From Octopus sinensis (taxonomy: Eukaryota), in contig NC_043003.1 in NCBI RefSeq assembly GCF_006345805.1, positions 53,506,001 through 53,570,000 on the forward strand: a stretch of DNA of 64,000 bases, written 5' to 3'. Every line of letters starts with the position of its first letter. The stretch's first letter is position 1. A program made the position numbers and the translations under genes. Shown here one piece after another: positions 22,843 to 34,423 of the stretch. Under the pieces are notes generated by a model. It saw nothing but the letters and a program-made list of their open reading frames with translations, searched no databases and was not told where the DNA came from.

Positions 22843-23222
22843 CAGGGCTGGATTAAGATCCATAGAGGCTCTAAGCACTTCAAAGATATTGGTACTCCAT
22901 ATATATGTAACTCAAAATATAAACAATAATAAACCATAAAATATATTTATATTTTTCAAAATAAAACATAACTAACAGTAAGATGGAAAATAATGTTTAT
23001 TTTTGCATACTTCAACTTTCTTTATATTAAAAAAGTTGCCTCACTATGAAACAAGGAACACTTTGAAATTATATTCCCAAGCTTATAAGCCACATTGAAT
23101 ATTATTTTAACAAATTTAAAGTGATTTTTATGTGGTAAACTATTTACTACTTTTGTGGTGCCATGCCTTCCCTTGATGCCCTAAATATGTGCTTATTTTG
23201 CTTAATGGTTAATACAGCACCG
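22843..23222. mobile_element. Non-autonomous hAT-like element
   Basis: CAGGGCTGGATTAA left end; degenerate TTAATACAGCACCG right end. Confidence 0.5.
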
Positions 23223-24696
23223 TATACACATACATTTATATATATCGACATTTCGGTTAGCATTCTTCACTCCACTCTTACCACCTCCATTCACTACAAA
23301 CACACAGACTCACACTCATACCTCAACTTCTCTTCCTCCCACCCAGAACACACCAAGCTTTCCATCCCCTATTCCTCCGTCTACGTAGGCTCTGTAGTGA
23401 CGACCATGATTTTGAGACTCAGTCTCAACGTATGGCTCACCACTTCACCCTACGTGGATACCCCCTCACCACTATCCACACCGCCCTTGCCAGAGCACGG
23501 TCCGTGGACCGTGTATCTGCTCTCTCTCCCCGAACCCGCCCTGTAGTCTCCCGCCTCCCTTTTCCCCTCACTTACCACCCCACAACCCTACGTCTCCAAC
23601 GCACCATTCTTCGAGCTTTCCGTCATCTCCAGTCCGACCCGTCCACTTCACACCTCTTCCCTAACCGACCCCTCCCCTCTTTCAAACGAGCCCACAACCT
23701 TCGAGACCTTTTGGTCCATAGCTCCTTCCCTGACCCTACCTCCCAACCCGGCTCGTTCCCCTGCTCCCGCCCACGTTGCCGCACTTGCCCTTACCTCTCC
23801 AACACCACCCGCCTCACTAGCACCCACCATCGACCCTATCCCATCATCCACTCCTTCACCTGCACCTCCAGCAATATTATCTATTGCATCTCTTGCTCTC
23901 TCTGCAATTCCTTGTACATCGGACAAACGGGACGCCGCTTGGCTGACCGGTTCGCGGAACACCTTCGTGACATCCACCTTGCGAACGACACACCGGTCTC
24001 ACGCCATTTCCGCTCCACCGGTCACTCCTTGCAACACCTATCTGTGTTCGGTTTGTCCTTACACAGAGGCCATCCGGATTCCCGTTTGCGCCGTGAACAG
24101 GAATTAATCTTCTCTCTTCGCTCTTATACGCCATTTGGTCTCAACTCTCCCCCCCTCCTCATCTAACCCCCCTCTCCCCCCTCCTCACCTATCCTTTCCC
24201 CCCGACCCCTACTTCTTCAGTCCTTCATCCTTTCACCCCTACTCCCCTTCCCTTCTTCCCTCTTTCTCCCTCCCTCCTTCCCTCTTCCCCTTCCCTCTGC
24301 TCCCTCTCTCCCCTTCTCTCTCCCCCTCTCCCTCTTTCCTCCTTCCTCCCCCTCCTCCCCTTCCTTCTCCCCATCCTCCTCTTCCCCCCTCTCCTCCCCT
24401 CTTCTTCCCCCCCCTTCTCTCCCCTCCCCTCTTCTCACTACACCACACGACTTTACACATCACATCATATATGATGTGCCATACTAATACATACACCAAC
24501 TAATACATACTAATACGTACTAATACATACTAATACATACACCAACCCCATACATACGCACGTCCAGACCAATCCTACGCACTAATACTCTCTCATACAC
24601 ACACACACACACACACCCTTATACATACTAATACATACACCAACCCTATACATACACACGTCCAGACCCCTCCTACGCACTATTAGCTGGTCCTTC

Positions 24697-24768
24697 AACC
24701 CTATTATCAACCCTATTATCAACCCTATTATCAACCCTATTATCAACCCTATTATCAACCCTATTATC
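24697..24768 (+). repeat. Six perfect tandem copies of AACCCTATTATC
   Basis: Units start at 24697, 24709, 24721, 24733, 24745 and 24757. Confidence 0.95.
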
Positions 24769-24903
24769 TCCCCTTATTTAGCTCTCGCGTCTCATGTTTG
24801 ATCTTTGACCTCTGGCCGAAATCAGATCGCCATGTTGATTCGTTAGCTACTGCACGCATTTTTTTCTCTCCTTCTTTCTGTGTTTTTTTTTTCTCTCTGT
24901 GTA

Positions 24904-24941
24904 TCTTTCTGTTGAAGAGCGTAGGCTCGAAACGTTAAAGA
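24904..24941 (+). ncRNA. Minimal type I hammerhead ribozyme motif (A6U core variant)
   Basis: UCUUU CUGUUGA A GAGC GUAG GCUC GAA ACGUU AAAGA: 5-bp stem I, 4-bp stem II, self-complementary ACGU stem III. Confidence 0.7.
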
Positions 24942-25079
24942 CTTGTTTTATTTATATTTCCTGAGCGCCATACTAATACAATTGTTCGTTTGTTTTCCAC
25001 CTGCCTTCGTCTTTTGTCTATTTTCATAAAGCTTCCCGTTATATATATATATATATATATATGTATATGTATGTATGTA

Positions 25080-26357
25080 TTAGGTTGTCAAGAAAGTTCT
25101 TGTGGAATTTTTAATTTTGGTTTTAAATTATGTATTTTCAAATTAATTTTCGTTAAATTACTTGACTTTGTATATCATTTTAAAGCCTGTTTTTCGCTCT
25201 ATCTGATCGTGTGACTCTTTTTGAATAATTAGGCCATTTTTTTCTAGAACGTTGAATATAATATGAACAGAAAGCAAATTCGTACAATTTTCTTATTCCA
25301 GTTCAAGCTAGGCCAAAAAGCTGCTGAAACAGCTCATGATATCAATGATCCATTTGGCCCAGGAGCTACTAATGAACGTACAGCACAATGATGGTGCAAG
25401 AAATTTCATAGCTGTAACAAGAGTTTTGAAGATGATAAGTGTAGTGGACGGCAGTCAGATATTGACAACAATCAACTAAGAGCCTTAGTGGAAGCCAATC
25501 CATGCACAACAGTTTGAGAGCTTGCTTCTGAATTAGACGCAATGTACACGACAATTTGCAACCACTTGAAAGAGATTGAAAAAACAAAAATACTTGAGAA
25601 ATTGGTGCCACAGAAATGAACAACAACCAAAAAAATGCTGTTTTGAAGCGTTGTATTCCCTTCTCTTATGCAACAAGAACGACTAGTTTCTCAACCAGAT
25701 TATGACTTGTGATGAAAAGTGGATTCTTTACGACAACCAGTGATGCAATGCTCAGTGGTTGGACGCCAACGAAGCTCCACGACACTTCCCGAAGCTAAAG
25801 TTGTACCAAAAGTAGGTCATGGTGACTGATTGGTGGTTTTCAGTCAGTCTCATCCATCAAAACTTTTGGGATCCAGGCGAAACCATTACGGCAGCGAAAT
25901 ACTGTCAGCAAATGGATGAAATGCATAAGAAACTCTGACAAGAACAGCCCACATTGGTCAACAGAAAAGGACCAATTCTTCTCCATGACAATGCTCGGCC
26001 GCATGTTGCACAACTGACTCTGCAGAAGTTGAACAAATTGAGCTACAAAGCTCTGCCTCATCCGCCATACTCACCAGATCTCTCGCCTACCGACTACCAC
26101 TTTTTCAAGCATCTCGACAACTTCCTGTGTGAGAGATACTTCAAAAACCAAGATGATACCAAACACACCTTCAACGACTTTATCTTCACCAGAACACACG
26201 ATTTTTACACTACTGGTATAAATAAACTTGTTTCGCATTGTCAAAAGTGTGTTGATTTTGATGGTCTTTTCTTCGATTAATAAAGTTTTGTTTGAGCTGA
26301 GATATGTGCATCTGAATTTAAAGGTTAAAAACCGCAAGAACTTTCTTGACAACCTAA
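25080..26357 (+). mobile_element. Full-length but inactivated mariner (DD34D) element, 1278 bp
   Basis: TA TSD at both ends; TIR TTAGGTTGTCAAGAAAGTTCTTG / CAAGAACTTTCTTGACAACCTAA; IMTCDEKWILYDN, LLHDNARPH, HPPYSPDLSPTDYHFF; several stops and frameshifts. Confidence 0.95.
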
Positions 26358-27003
26358 TATATACATATAAATATAGATATAATTGTTAAAGAGGACAACA
26401 AACATTAAGGCAAGGCAAACATCTCAAGTCATATACATTATCATTATTAGGAAAAAATTTTATTGGAAAAAATTTTTTTCCAATAATAATAATGTTTATG
26501 ATTTGAGATGTTTGCCTTGCCTTAACGTTTGTAGTCCTCTTTAACAATTATATATTTGCGATATTGGAAATCTGCAATGGCTCCATAACTGCCATCTCGG
26601 CTATAACTTTGGAGCCCTAGTAATCCAATATAGCACTTACCTAGAGTGCCTAATGGTTTAGATCACCTGTGAACTAAACCCCCATACTTCGTGTCATCAT
26701 CATCATGATCATTTAACGTCCGCTTTCCATGCTAGCATAGGTTGGACGATTTGACTGAGGGCCAGTCATGCAGTACTGGCAACGGCCACGCTCAAATGGT
26801 GCTTTTTATGTGCCACCTGCACAGGAGCCAGTCCAGTGGCACTGGCAATGACCTCACTCAAATGTTTTTTCACATGCCACCAGCACAAGAGCCAGTAAAA
26901 ACAGGTAACGATCATGCTCGGGTGGTGCTCTTAGCGCTCCACTAGCACGGATGCCAATCATCGAATTTGATTTCAATTTCGATTTCACTTGCCTCAACAA
27001 GTC

Positions 27004-27055
<52 letters not shown>

Positions 27056-27126
27056 AACATAGTAAATAGGGTAATAAAGCATAGCGCTTCTTTATTTGGA
27101 GGCTTTTTAATGTATTTCTATATATT

Positions 27127-27157
<31 letters not shown>

Positions 27158-27900
27158 TATATATATTATATATATATATATATATACACAACAGCCTCTG
27201 AACAGTTTGCATCTACCACATTCTGCCCACAAGGCATTGGTCAACTTCAGGTGACAGTAAAAGATACTTTACAGTAGGACCAAAACTTGAAGCCATGTGG
27301 ATATGAAATAAACTTCTTAACTACATAACCCTACTTGAGCCTATGTCTATTTACAGTGAGAGAAACTGAGATAAGAGACATATAACCATGTAAGAGTACA
27401 AAGCAATGCCAAAGCAAGATTTCGACATCTTTATACAGATTGCCTTTTCTATAAGATTCATTTTCCAGATGTTGATTTAGAATTCAGTGACTCATTTATA
27501 GAGGATTTCATTGATTAGTAATTGACGAAAATGAATAACGTTGTTGTTTAGCCAAGGTCAGCCCTAAATGAACAGACATATATGATCAAAAGCACTTCAG
27601 CCTTGACTGCCTTGATTATGCATGGATCACATCAAATGCTTCCTTACTGTTTTGTTTTAAGATTGTAAAATGAGATCTGAGGGAATTTGGCTGCTATTTC
27701 TAGTAAGTAGTATGAGCATAAAAGGCTTGTTCATTAGCTCCTATGCAATTGTGTATGATGATGTAAGTAAATATGAATTGCCTTCTAATTTATTTCTTAC
27801 ACTATATTTGGCTTTCACTTCATCATCATCATCATCATCATCGTTTAACGTCCGTTCTCCATGCTAGCATGGGTTATAGTTGAATAATGTTTGCATTAAA

Positions 27901-27961
<61 letters not shown>

Positions 27962-28799
27962 CACAGTAAGAGAGGAAGTCAGAAAGGAAGACAGAACAAA
28001 AGATTCTCAAAATTACTAATGTATCTCTGGACAAATGTTTACTTCAATTTCACTTACTTTTAGAGTAGTACTTGTGCAGCATGTTGAAACTAAACCGATT
28101 AAATAATAGAAGAACCATTTAAATAAACAAAAAAAACTGTTAAGTACACATTCTATTTATTTCCTGATGTGTCAAAATTTTCATTGCACAACTGCAACAA
28201 TATGACTGATGTAGTTCCATGAATCTAATAATTTCTGTATGTTCTTAGGTGGTTAAAATGACAATTCAATTATATTGGAATAACAATCTAATATACTCAA
28301 CTGCCAAAAGAACAACTTTTTAATCACTAATCAGCATACTTTAGATTTTTGTTGTTAACCAAAACACAACCCAACCCATTATCTCCACTTTTCTAAGACT
28401 ACTGATCCCAAAGATAACATTTTAAAAATGTTTCTTATCCAAGTTAAATATGCAGTAGAGATTATAATTATTTCAGGAATATCTCATAGAATCTACAATT
28501 TTTTCACATAAGACTATTGAAATGGTTGAATTGTTGAATTCTAGTGAGTAAAACATTAACCACCACCTCATGAACAAAACATGAGGAATTGAAATTCGAG
28601 TGGAAACATGTGGCTTAGTGGTTAGGGTGTTGGACTCATCATCATAAGATTGCGGTTTTGATTCCTGGACCAGGTGATGCATTGTGTTGCTGAACAAAAC
28701 ATTTCATTTCACATTGCTCTAGTCCACTTAGCTGGAAAAATGAATACTCCAATGACTTATAAGCATCCCATCCGGTAGGGCATATATAAATATATATAT

Positions 28800-29055
28800 A
28801 TGGTGGCACGTAAAAAGCACCAACTGATCGTGGCCGTTGCCAGCCTCGCCTGGCACTTGTGCCGGTGGCACATAAAAAGCACCCACTACAATCACGGAGT
28901 GGTTGGCGTTAGGAAGGGCATCCAGCTGTAGAAACACTGCCAGATCAGACTGGAGCCTGGTGCAGCCTCCTAGCTTCCCAGACCCCGGTCGAACCGTCCA
29001 ACCCATTCTAGCATGGAAAACGGACGTTAAACGATGATGATGATGATGATGATAT
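28800..29055 (+). mobile_element. RTE LINE 3' end, short copy
   Basis: GTGGCACGTAAAAAGCACC...GGACGTTAAACGATGATGATG. Confidence 0.8.
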
Positions 29056-29280
29056 ATATATATATATATACCACAGAAAACAGGAAACTGGCCCTATGAG
29101 TCTATATGATTCAGGAAGGATCTTTATTCTGTATCCTTTAATTGAAGTTCATAATATATAATTAACGCAAGAACCTTTGAAGTTGTTTCTATGTTTCTGC
29201 ATCTATGTGGCATTGAAATATCTACTTTATGTGTTGTTGATTAATTATTTAGAAAAAAAAATAGTTTGGATACAACTTAC

Positions 29281-29351
29281 AGTGCAGTCATGTGATCCAG
29301 TAATTAAAAGATTATCATCAAATGGAGAGAAATCGAAGTCAGCAACGTAAT
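29281..29351 (-). CDS. CORO7: CORO7 coding exon 4 (DYVADFDFSPFDDNLLITGSHDCT), WD40
   Basis: TTTTTATAG acceptor, GTAAGT donor, 71 nt, phase 1-0; WD40 DFDFSPFDD motif. Confidence 0.95.
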
Positions 29352-31619
29352 CTATAAAAAAATCAGGTAAAATACAATTATTGAGAAACAGAAGTGACAA
29401 TACGTGCAAAGAACTGAATTGTACAGAAACAACAGATGGACTTAATAACAAGCAAATAAATGGAAAAACAGACTTTACTTTGGATGTCAGATTAGAGAGA
29501 TAATCATGCCAGATTAATCTTTAGCTTCTTTTTGAAACTTTTATGCTTAAAGTTTATAATTTCAAAATTTCTTATTACAATGTCATTAAACAAAATACTT
29601 CAGTTAAAAAGTTAATTTAAAGAAAGCATTTAATTAAATAGTAATATACAGAAAAAATAATGGGGGTAATAATACTGAATGCATAATTTCAAAGCAAATA
29701 ATAAATTGTTAATGGATGCAAAAAAAAAAAGAGATTTGCTTTCTTGTATCCCAAACTAGAGAGAGTTGTGTTGTGTTGTTTTCGAAAATAGTTCTAGCAC
29801 AGGACTTGAAATTTTGGGGGAAGTGGGTAGCCAATAACATCGACTCCACTGTGCTCAACTGGTACTTATTTCATCAACCCCACAAAAAGGGCAATCAACC
29901 TCAGCAGAGCTTGAACTCAGAAGAAATGTCACTAAGAGGGTTTCTTGAAAGTAATGAACGATGAAAAATACACATTAGCTTATAAAAAAAAAAGCATAGG
30001 ACTTTCTTAGATTTGCAGATTAATTTGTTATTTCAACCATATAACCACTGATTCTAAAAATCACTTGCTCTTATAAATAAATCCCACTCACAACTGTAGG
30101 TACTGAAGCATTATGCAAGTTTGCTTCCATTGTTTTACGGTTGATCATCTTTTAATGCTTTCCAAGGTTGTATTAAGAAAATTAACTTATCAGAAGTTTC
30201 TATAATAAAGCAATCAGAAGTTTTTTTTATAACAAGGTAATCTAATGTTATATAGAAACAATGTATGGGTTTTAAAATAAAACCAAACTAATGAACTAAT
30301 CTATGGGTGTTGTAAAGAACTAATCAAAGCTTATTATAGCTAATTAATCTAAATCTATATATGCCACCCTGCCAGCTGAATACTATTTTGACATCAATAT
30401 GTCAACCTAATTTCTGTGTACCAAAAGTGTCTCCTTACAGAATGTGTATCACAAAGATATTACTATATTTTTCTACAGACTGTGTATTATGCCAATATGC
30501 CTTTTAAAAGATTATATCTCATAGGGGCATCCTTATGCTGTACAACCTAGGTTCATGGATACCAATATGCCAATTTATCATTCAGCATGACTACAAACAT
30601 GCAGATTATTCTATTACACAAACAAATACAATATCAGTACTTATCTCAAAATTAATCTAAGGTCAACAGGCAGCAACTTCCCTGCCTCAAATTGTTATCA
30701 TCACCATCTTCGTTATTGTTTTAACACGTGTTTTTCATTTCTGTATTGGCATGGGTCATGCCGACATCATCTCTTGCTTCAATCTTTTGTCATTTCATCT
30801 ATGAGGACCAACTTCCTGAGATCTCAAATTACCAATTTTTCCCAAGTCTTCCTCTACCATGTCAGTAAACAGCATTTTTTTCACTCAGCATTCATTTTCT
30901 ATGCAAATCATATATTATTACTGAAATCCCATCAATGCACAATAACTAGAAGGCTCCCTCTCCTACCCCTTCTTAGGACCTGATATCATCTATAAAGAGG
31001 CTAGACTATCTCTGCAGATCCCCTATATTGAAAAATATATTTATTTGTTTTAGAATAAATGTACAATGAGAGATGTATGCAGTATCTATGTCTCAGCCAT
31101 ACAGAAAGGACAAAATGCAAATGTGTGTTTGGCTTTGTTGCTATAAGTGAGTAAAGAAAAGATACTTGTCAGCTCTGAGTTAGACCAGTTCAGTTCAAGT
31201 GTGCCAGAGTTGCATTTGATTGCTTGTGTAGATGTCTGGAGAAACAACATTAAGTATTTTATTGAGAAGACAGTTTGTAAGCTACATTTATAGTGTTATT
31301 TATAGTATAGTATTGCTTGCAAGTTGTCTTTTGTTTGATTGCAACTTACAGTGTAGTTGTAATGTATGTGGTGTACTTTTGGCCATGAAAATGTTGGTTG
31401 TCTTTTTTTTTCCTTTTTTGCATTTAGATGTAAAAGATTATGGTTGTTTGTAGTGAGTGTAAAGAATGTGTTATGGGTTTAATGGTGGTTGATTAAGTTC
31501 TGATGTGCTCCATTTGTGGTGCATATCTAGTGGGAGCACATGTATTATATTGTGTAAACTATTCTATTTTCAAACCAACCAGATCCAGCTTCTTACACCT
31601 ACCCTATACTCATTTGCTC

Positions 31620-32014
31620 TTTTAATTGTTTCAGTCATTTGACTGTGGCCATGCTGGAGCACCGCCTTTAGTCAAGCAAATCGACCCCAGGACTTATTCT
31701 ATCGGGTTCTTTTGCCGAACCGCTAAGTTACGGGGATGTAAACACACCAGCATCAGTTGTCAAGCAATGTTGGGGGCACAAACACAGACACACAAACATT
31801 TACATACACACATACATATATATATATATCTATACATATATATATATATACAACAGGCTTCTTTCAGTTTCCGTCTACGGAATCCACTCACAAGGCTTTG
31901 GTCGGCCTGAGGCTATAGTAGAAGACACTTGCCTAAGGTGCCACGCAGTAGAACTAAACCCGGAACCATGTGGTTCGTAAGCAAGCTACTTACCACACAG
32001 CCACTCCTACGCCT
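31620..32014 (-). mobile_element. Family A SINE, full length
   Basis: Same head and tail as 6616-7040. Confidence 0.85.
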
Positions 32015-32379
32015 ATGATGTCATTCTAAAAAAATATTAGTGATAATGTTATCACGTCATCAAAATATTTTAGAGCTGTGAGATAATGCATGACAAATTC
32101 AAAACAATGAGAATGACTAAGCATTACATTCAACAAAGTAATCTGAATGCTAAAGGGTTTAACATTAGCATAAAATAAGGCCCAATGTCTTTGGATGCCT
32201 TGCTGCAAACAGTATGTTGGAATGGTGGGTGGATGGGAGCAAGGTTGTATTGTGGAAGTTGAGAGTGAAGTTCTTTTCTAATGTCCACTCATATAATTTA
32301 TGTATGTACAGCTGAATCATATATCCTGTAGTGTGAGATGGTAAAGACTAATGACATCTGTGCATGTGATGCTTCATCC

Positions 32380-33219
32380 TCATCATCATTTAGCATCCGT
32401 TTTCCATGCTGGCATGGGTTAGACAGTTTAACTAGAGACTGGCAAGCCAGGAGGCCACACCAGGCTCCAATCTGATCTGGCAGTGTTTCTACAGCTGGAT
32501 GCCCTTCCTAACACCAACCACTCCAAGAGCATAGTGGGTGGTTTTTACATACCACCGGCATGTAAAAAGGCAGTACTGGCATCGGCCATGTTCAGATGGT
32601 GCTTTTTACGTGCTACCGGCACAAGAGCCAGTCAGGGTTTGGAGGCTGCCTTAAAGTCTACATATACCCAGTATACATTAATTAAAGCAAGTATGCAACA
32701 GGATCTCACTTTATGAAATTCCTGTCATGTGTAATTTTGGTTTGGAATGAGTCTCTTCAAATCACTCAAAAGTTTTGTGACTTTGATGTATTATATATTT
32801 ATTTGATAACTGAATTAATAACATTTGTTCACAGAGTTTGTCAAATAGAGTGTATATTCTTTTATTTGTGTCAGTCATTTGACAGCGGCCATACTGCAGC
32901 ACTGCCTTTTTAGTCGAACAATTCAACCCTAGGACTTATTCTTTGTAAGCCTAGTACTTATTCTATCAGTCACTTTTGCTGAACCGCTAAGTTATGGAGA
33001 TGTAAAAACACCAACATTGGTTGTCAAGTGATGATAGGGGGACAAACACACACACACATATGATGGGCTTCTTTCAGTTTCCATCTACCTAATCCACTCA
33101 CAAGGCTTTGGTCAGCCCAAGGCTATAGTAGAAGACACGTGCCCAAGGTGCCACGCAGTGAGACTGAACCCAGAACCTTGTGGTTGGTAAGCAAGCTACT
33201 TATCACACAGTCACTCCTA
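32380..33219 (-). mobile_element. RTE 3' end (about 32380-32640) and family A SINE (about 32860-33219)
   Basis: Sequence similarity to the other copies in the window. Confidence 0.75.
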
Positions 33220-34371
33220 TTTTAATTAATGCTAAATGTTATTGAGTGTTTTTAGGAAGTTCTTCATGGGAACTTTCTGCAGTACTTGTGACAGTATTAA
33301 GTAGAATAGTTGTGTCTGTGTTTGAAATTGTGTTGATGTGATATAACTATTTTCAAGTGTTTTGGCATTGGGTGAAACGAGCAGCCTATGTTGGGAGATT
33401 TCTGTGATTAGAATATAGGTTATTCTTTGCCTAGTTTCCATATATAAGACATTATGTTTGTGATTTGTTGAAGGTTAATGTGAGGAAAATCACTGCTAAG
33501 AGTTTGAGGTGTCTGATGTTTATGTGGCATGGCAGAAATATTGTTGTTGTTTGCTTGCATGGATAGTCTTGTTTGTTGTGGTCCTGATGTGTGTAGTGAG
33601 CAGATATTTTAGTATATTTGTGAATGCATTCATTTTGTTTATTAGTTTCATATATTGCAGTTCTGATGAATTGTCTTTTAATGCTGTTACCTGTTTTGTA
33701 GAGGTTTTGAAATTGACTTGTAGTTCTGTTTGTTTGTTGAGAGAATTAAGTACACGGCTTGCCAGAATAATGCTGTATATTTAGCATTCTAGTTGTTGAG
33801 TACATGTCTTTTCCACAGAACCATTTTGTGCTGTTGTATGGCAGTCATTCACAGACATCCCGTGAACCCAGGGCAGTTGAGGCCCTTCAGCACTTTAGCT
33901 GCTCTCATCTACAAGAAGATAACTCTATACAAATGCGGAATTCTGGTAGCTACTAGGTTTATGGCATTTGTTGCATCAGACAAATACAAGTTTACAGAAC
34001 AAGCACATGGGACTGATTCTGCACAAACCATCCTCACTATAATGATATTCATTGAGCAGGTGGTTCAACAAATCAAGACATCAACATAATACCAAGATAT
34101 TTTCTTCATAAGCCAGGTGGTGATAGCAAAAGAGGCAACAGGGACAGGTAGAGGGTGCTATTGAATGTCTTCAGCTTTGACCCAGTACACAGGCAACCAT
34201 AGGATGAAAAGAAGAAATCTCAGCTGTGTCTTGTTAAACCCTCATTTGCCAAAAGTGATGAGAGAATCCACTAACACGATAGTTTAGTTTATCTCTTCAT
34301 TTAGTGAAAGCAGTGAGATGCATATGACCGACTCTGGTTTTAACCATCTCTGTAAAGTGTGGAGAAAAGAA

Positions 34372-34423
<52 letters not shown>

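Larger units (their letters stand above)
23255..25040 (+). mobile_element. 5'-truncated Penelope-like retroelement: RT thumb, GIY-YIG endonuclease and 3' terminal region with hammerhead motif
   Basis: SIHYKHTDSHSYL...HP; one frameshift near 23385; ORF 23432..24166 CSRPRCRTC...IIYCISC...YIGQTGRRLADRFAEH...RE..LI..L....P.GLN; ends in (TA)n. Confidence 0.92.

Noticed and set aside
23648-24503. Minus-strand ORFs over the PLE and Pro/Gly/Glu-rich ORFs at 24135-24503
   Set aside because: Antisense shadows of the C-rich PLE ORF and translations of a polypyrimidine tract
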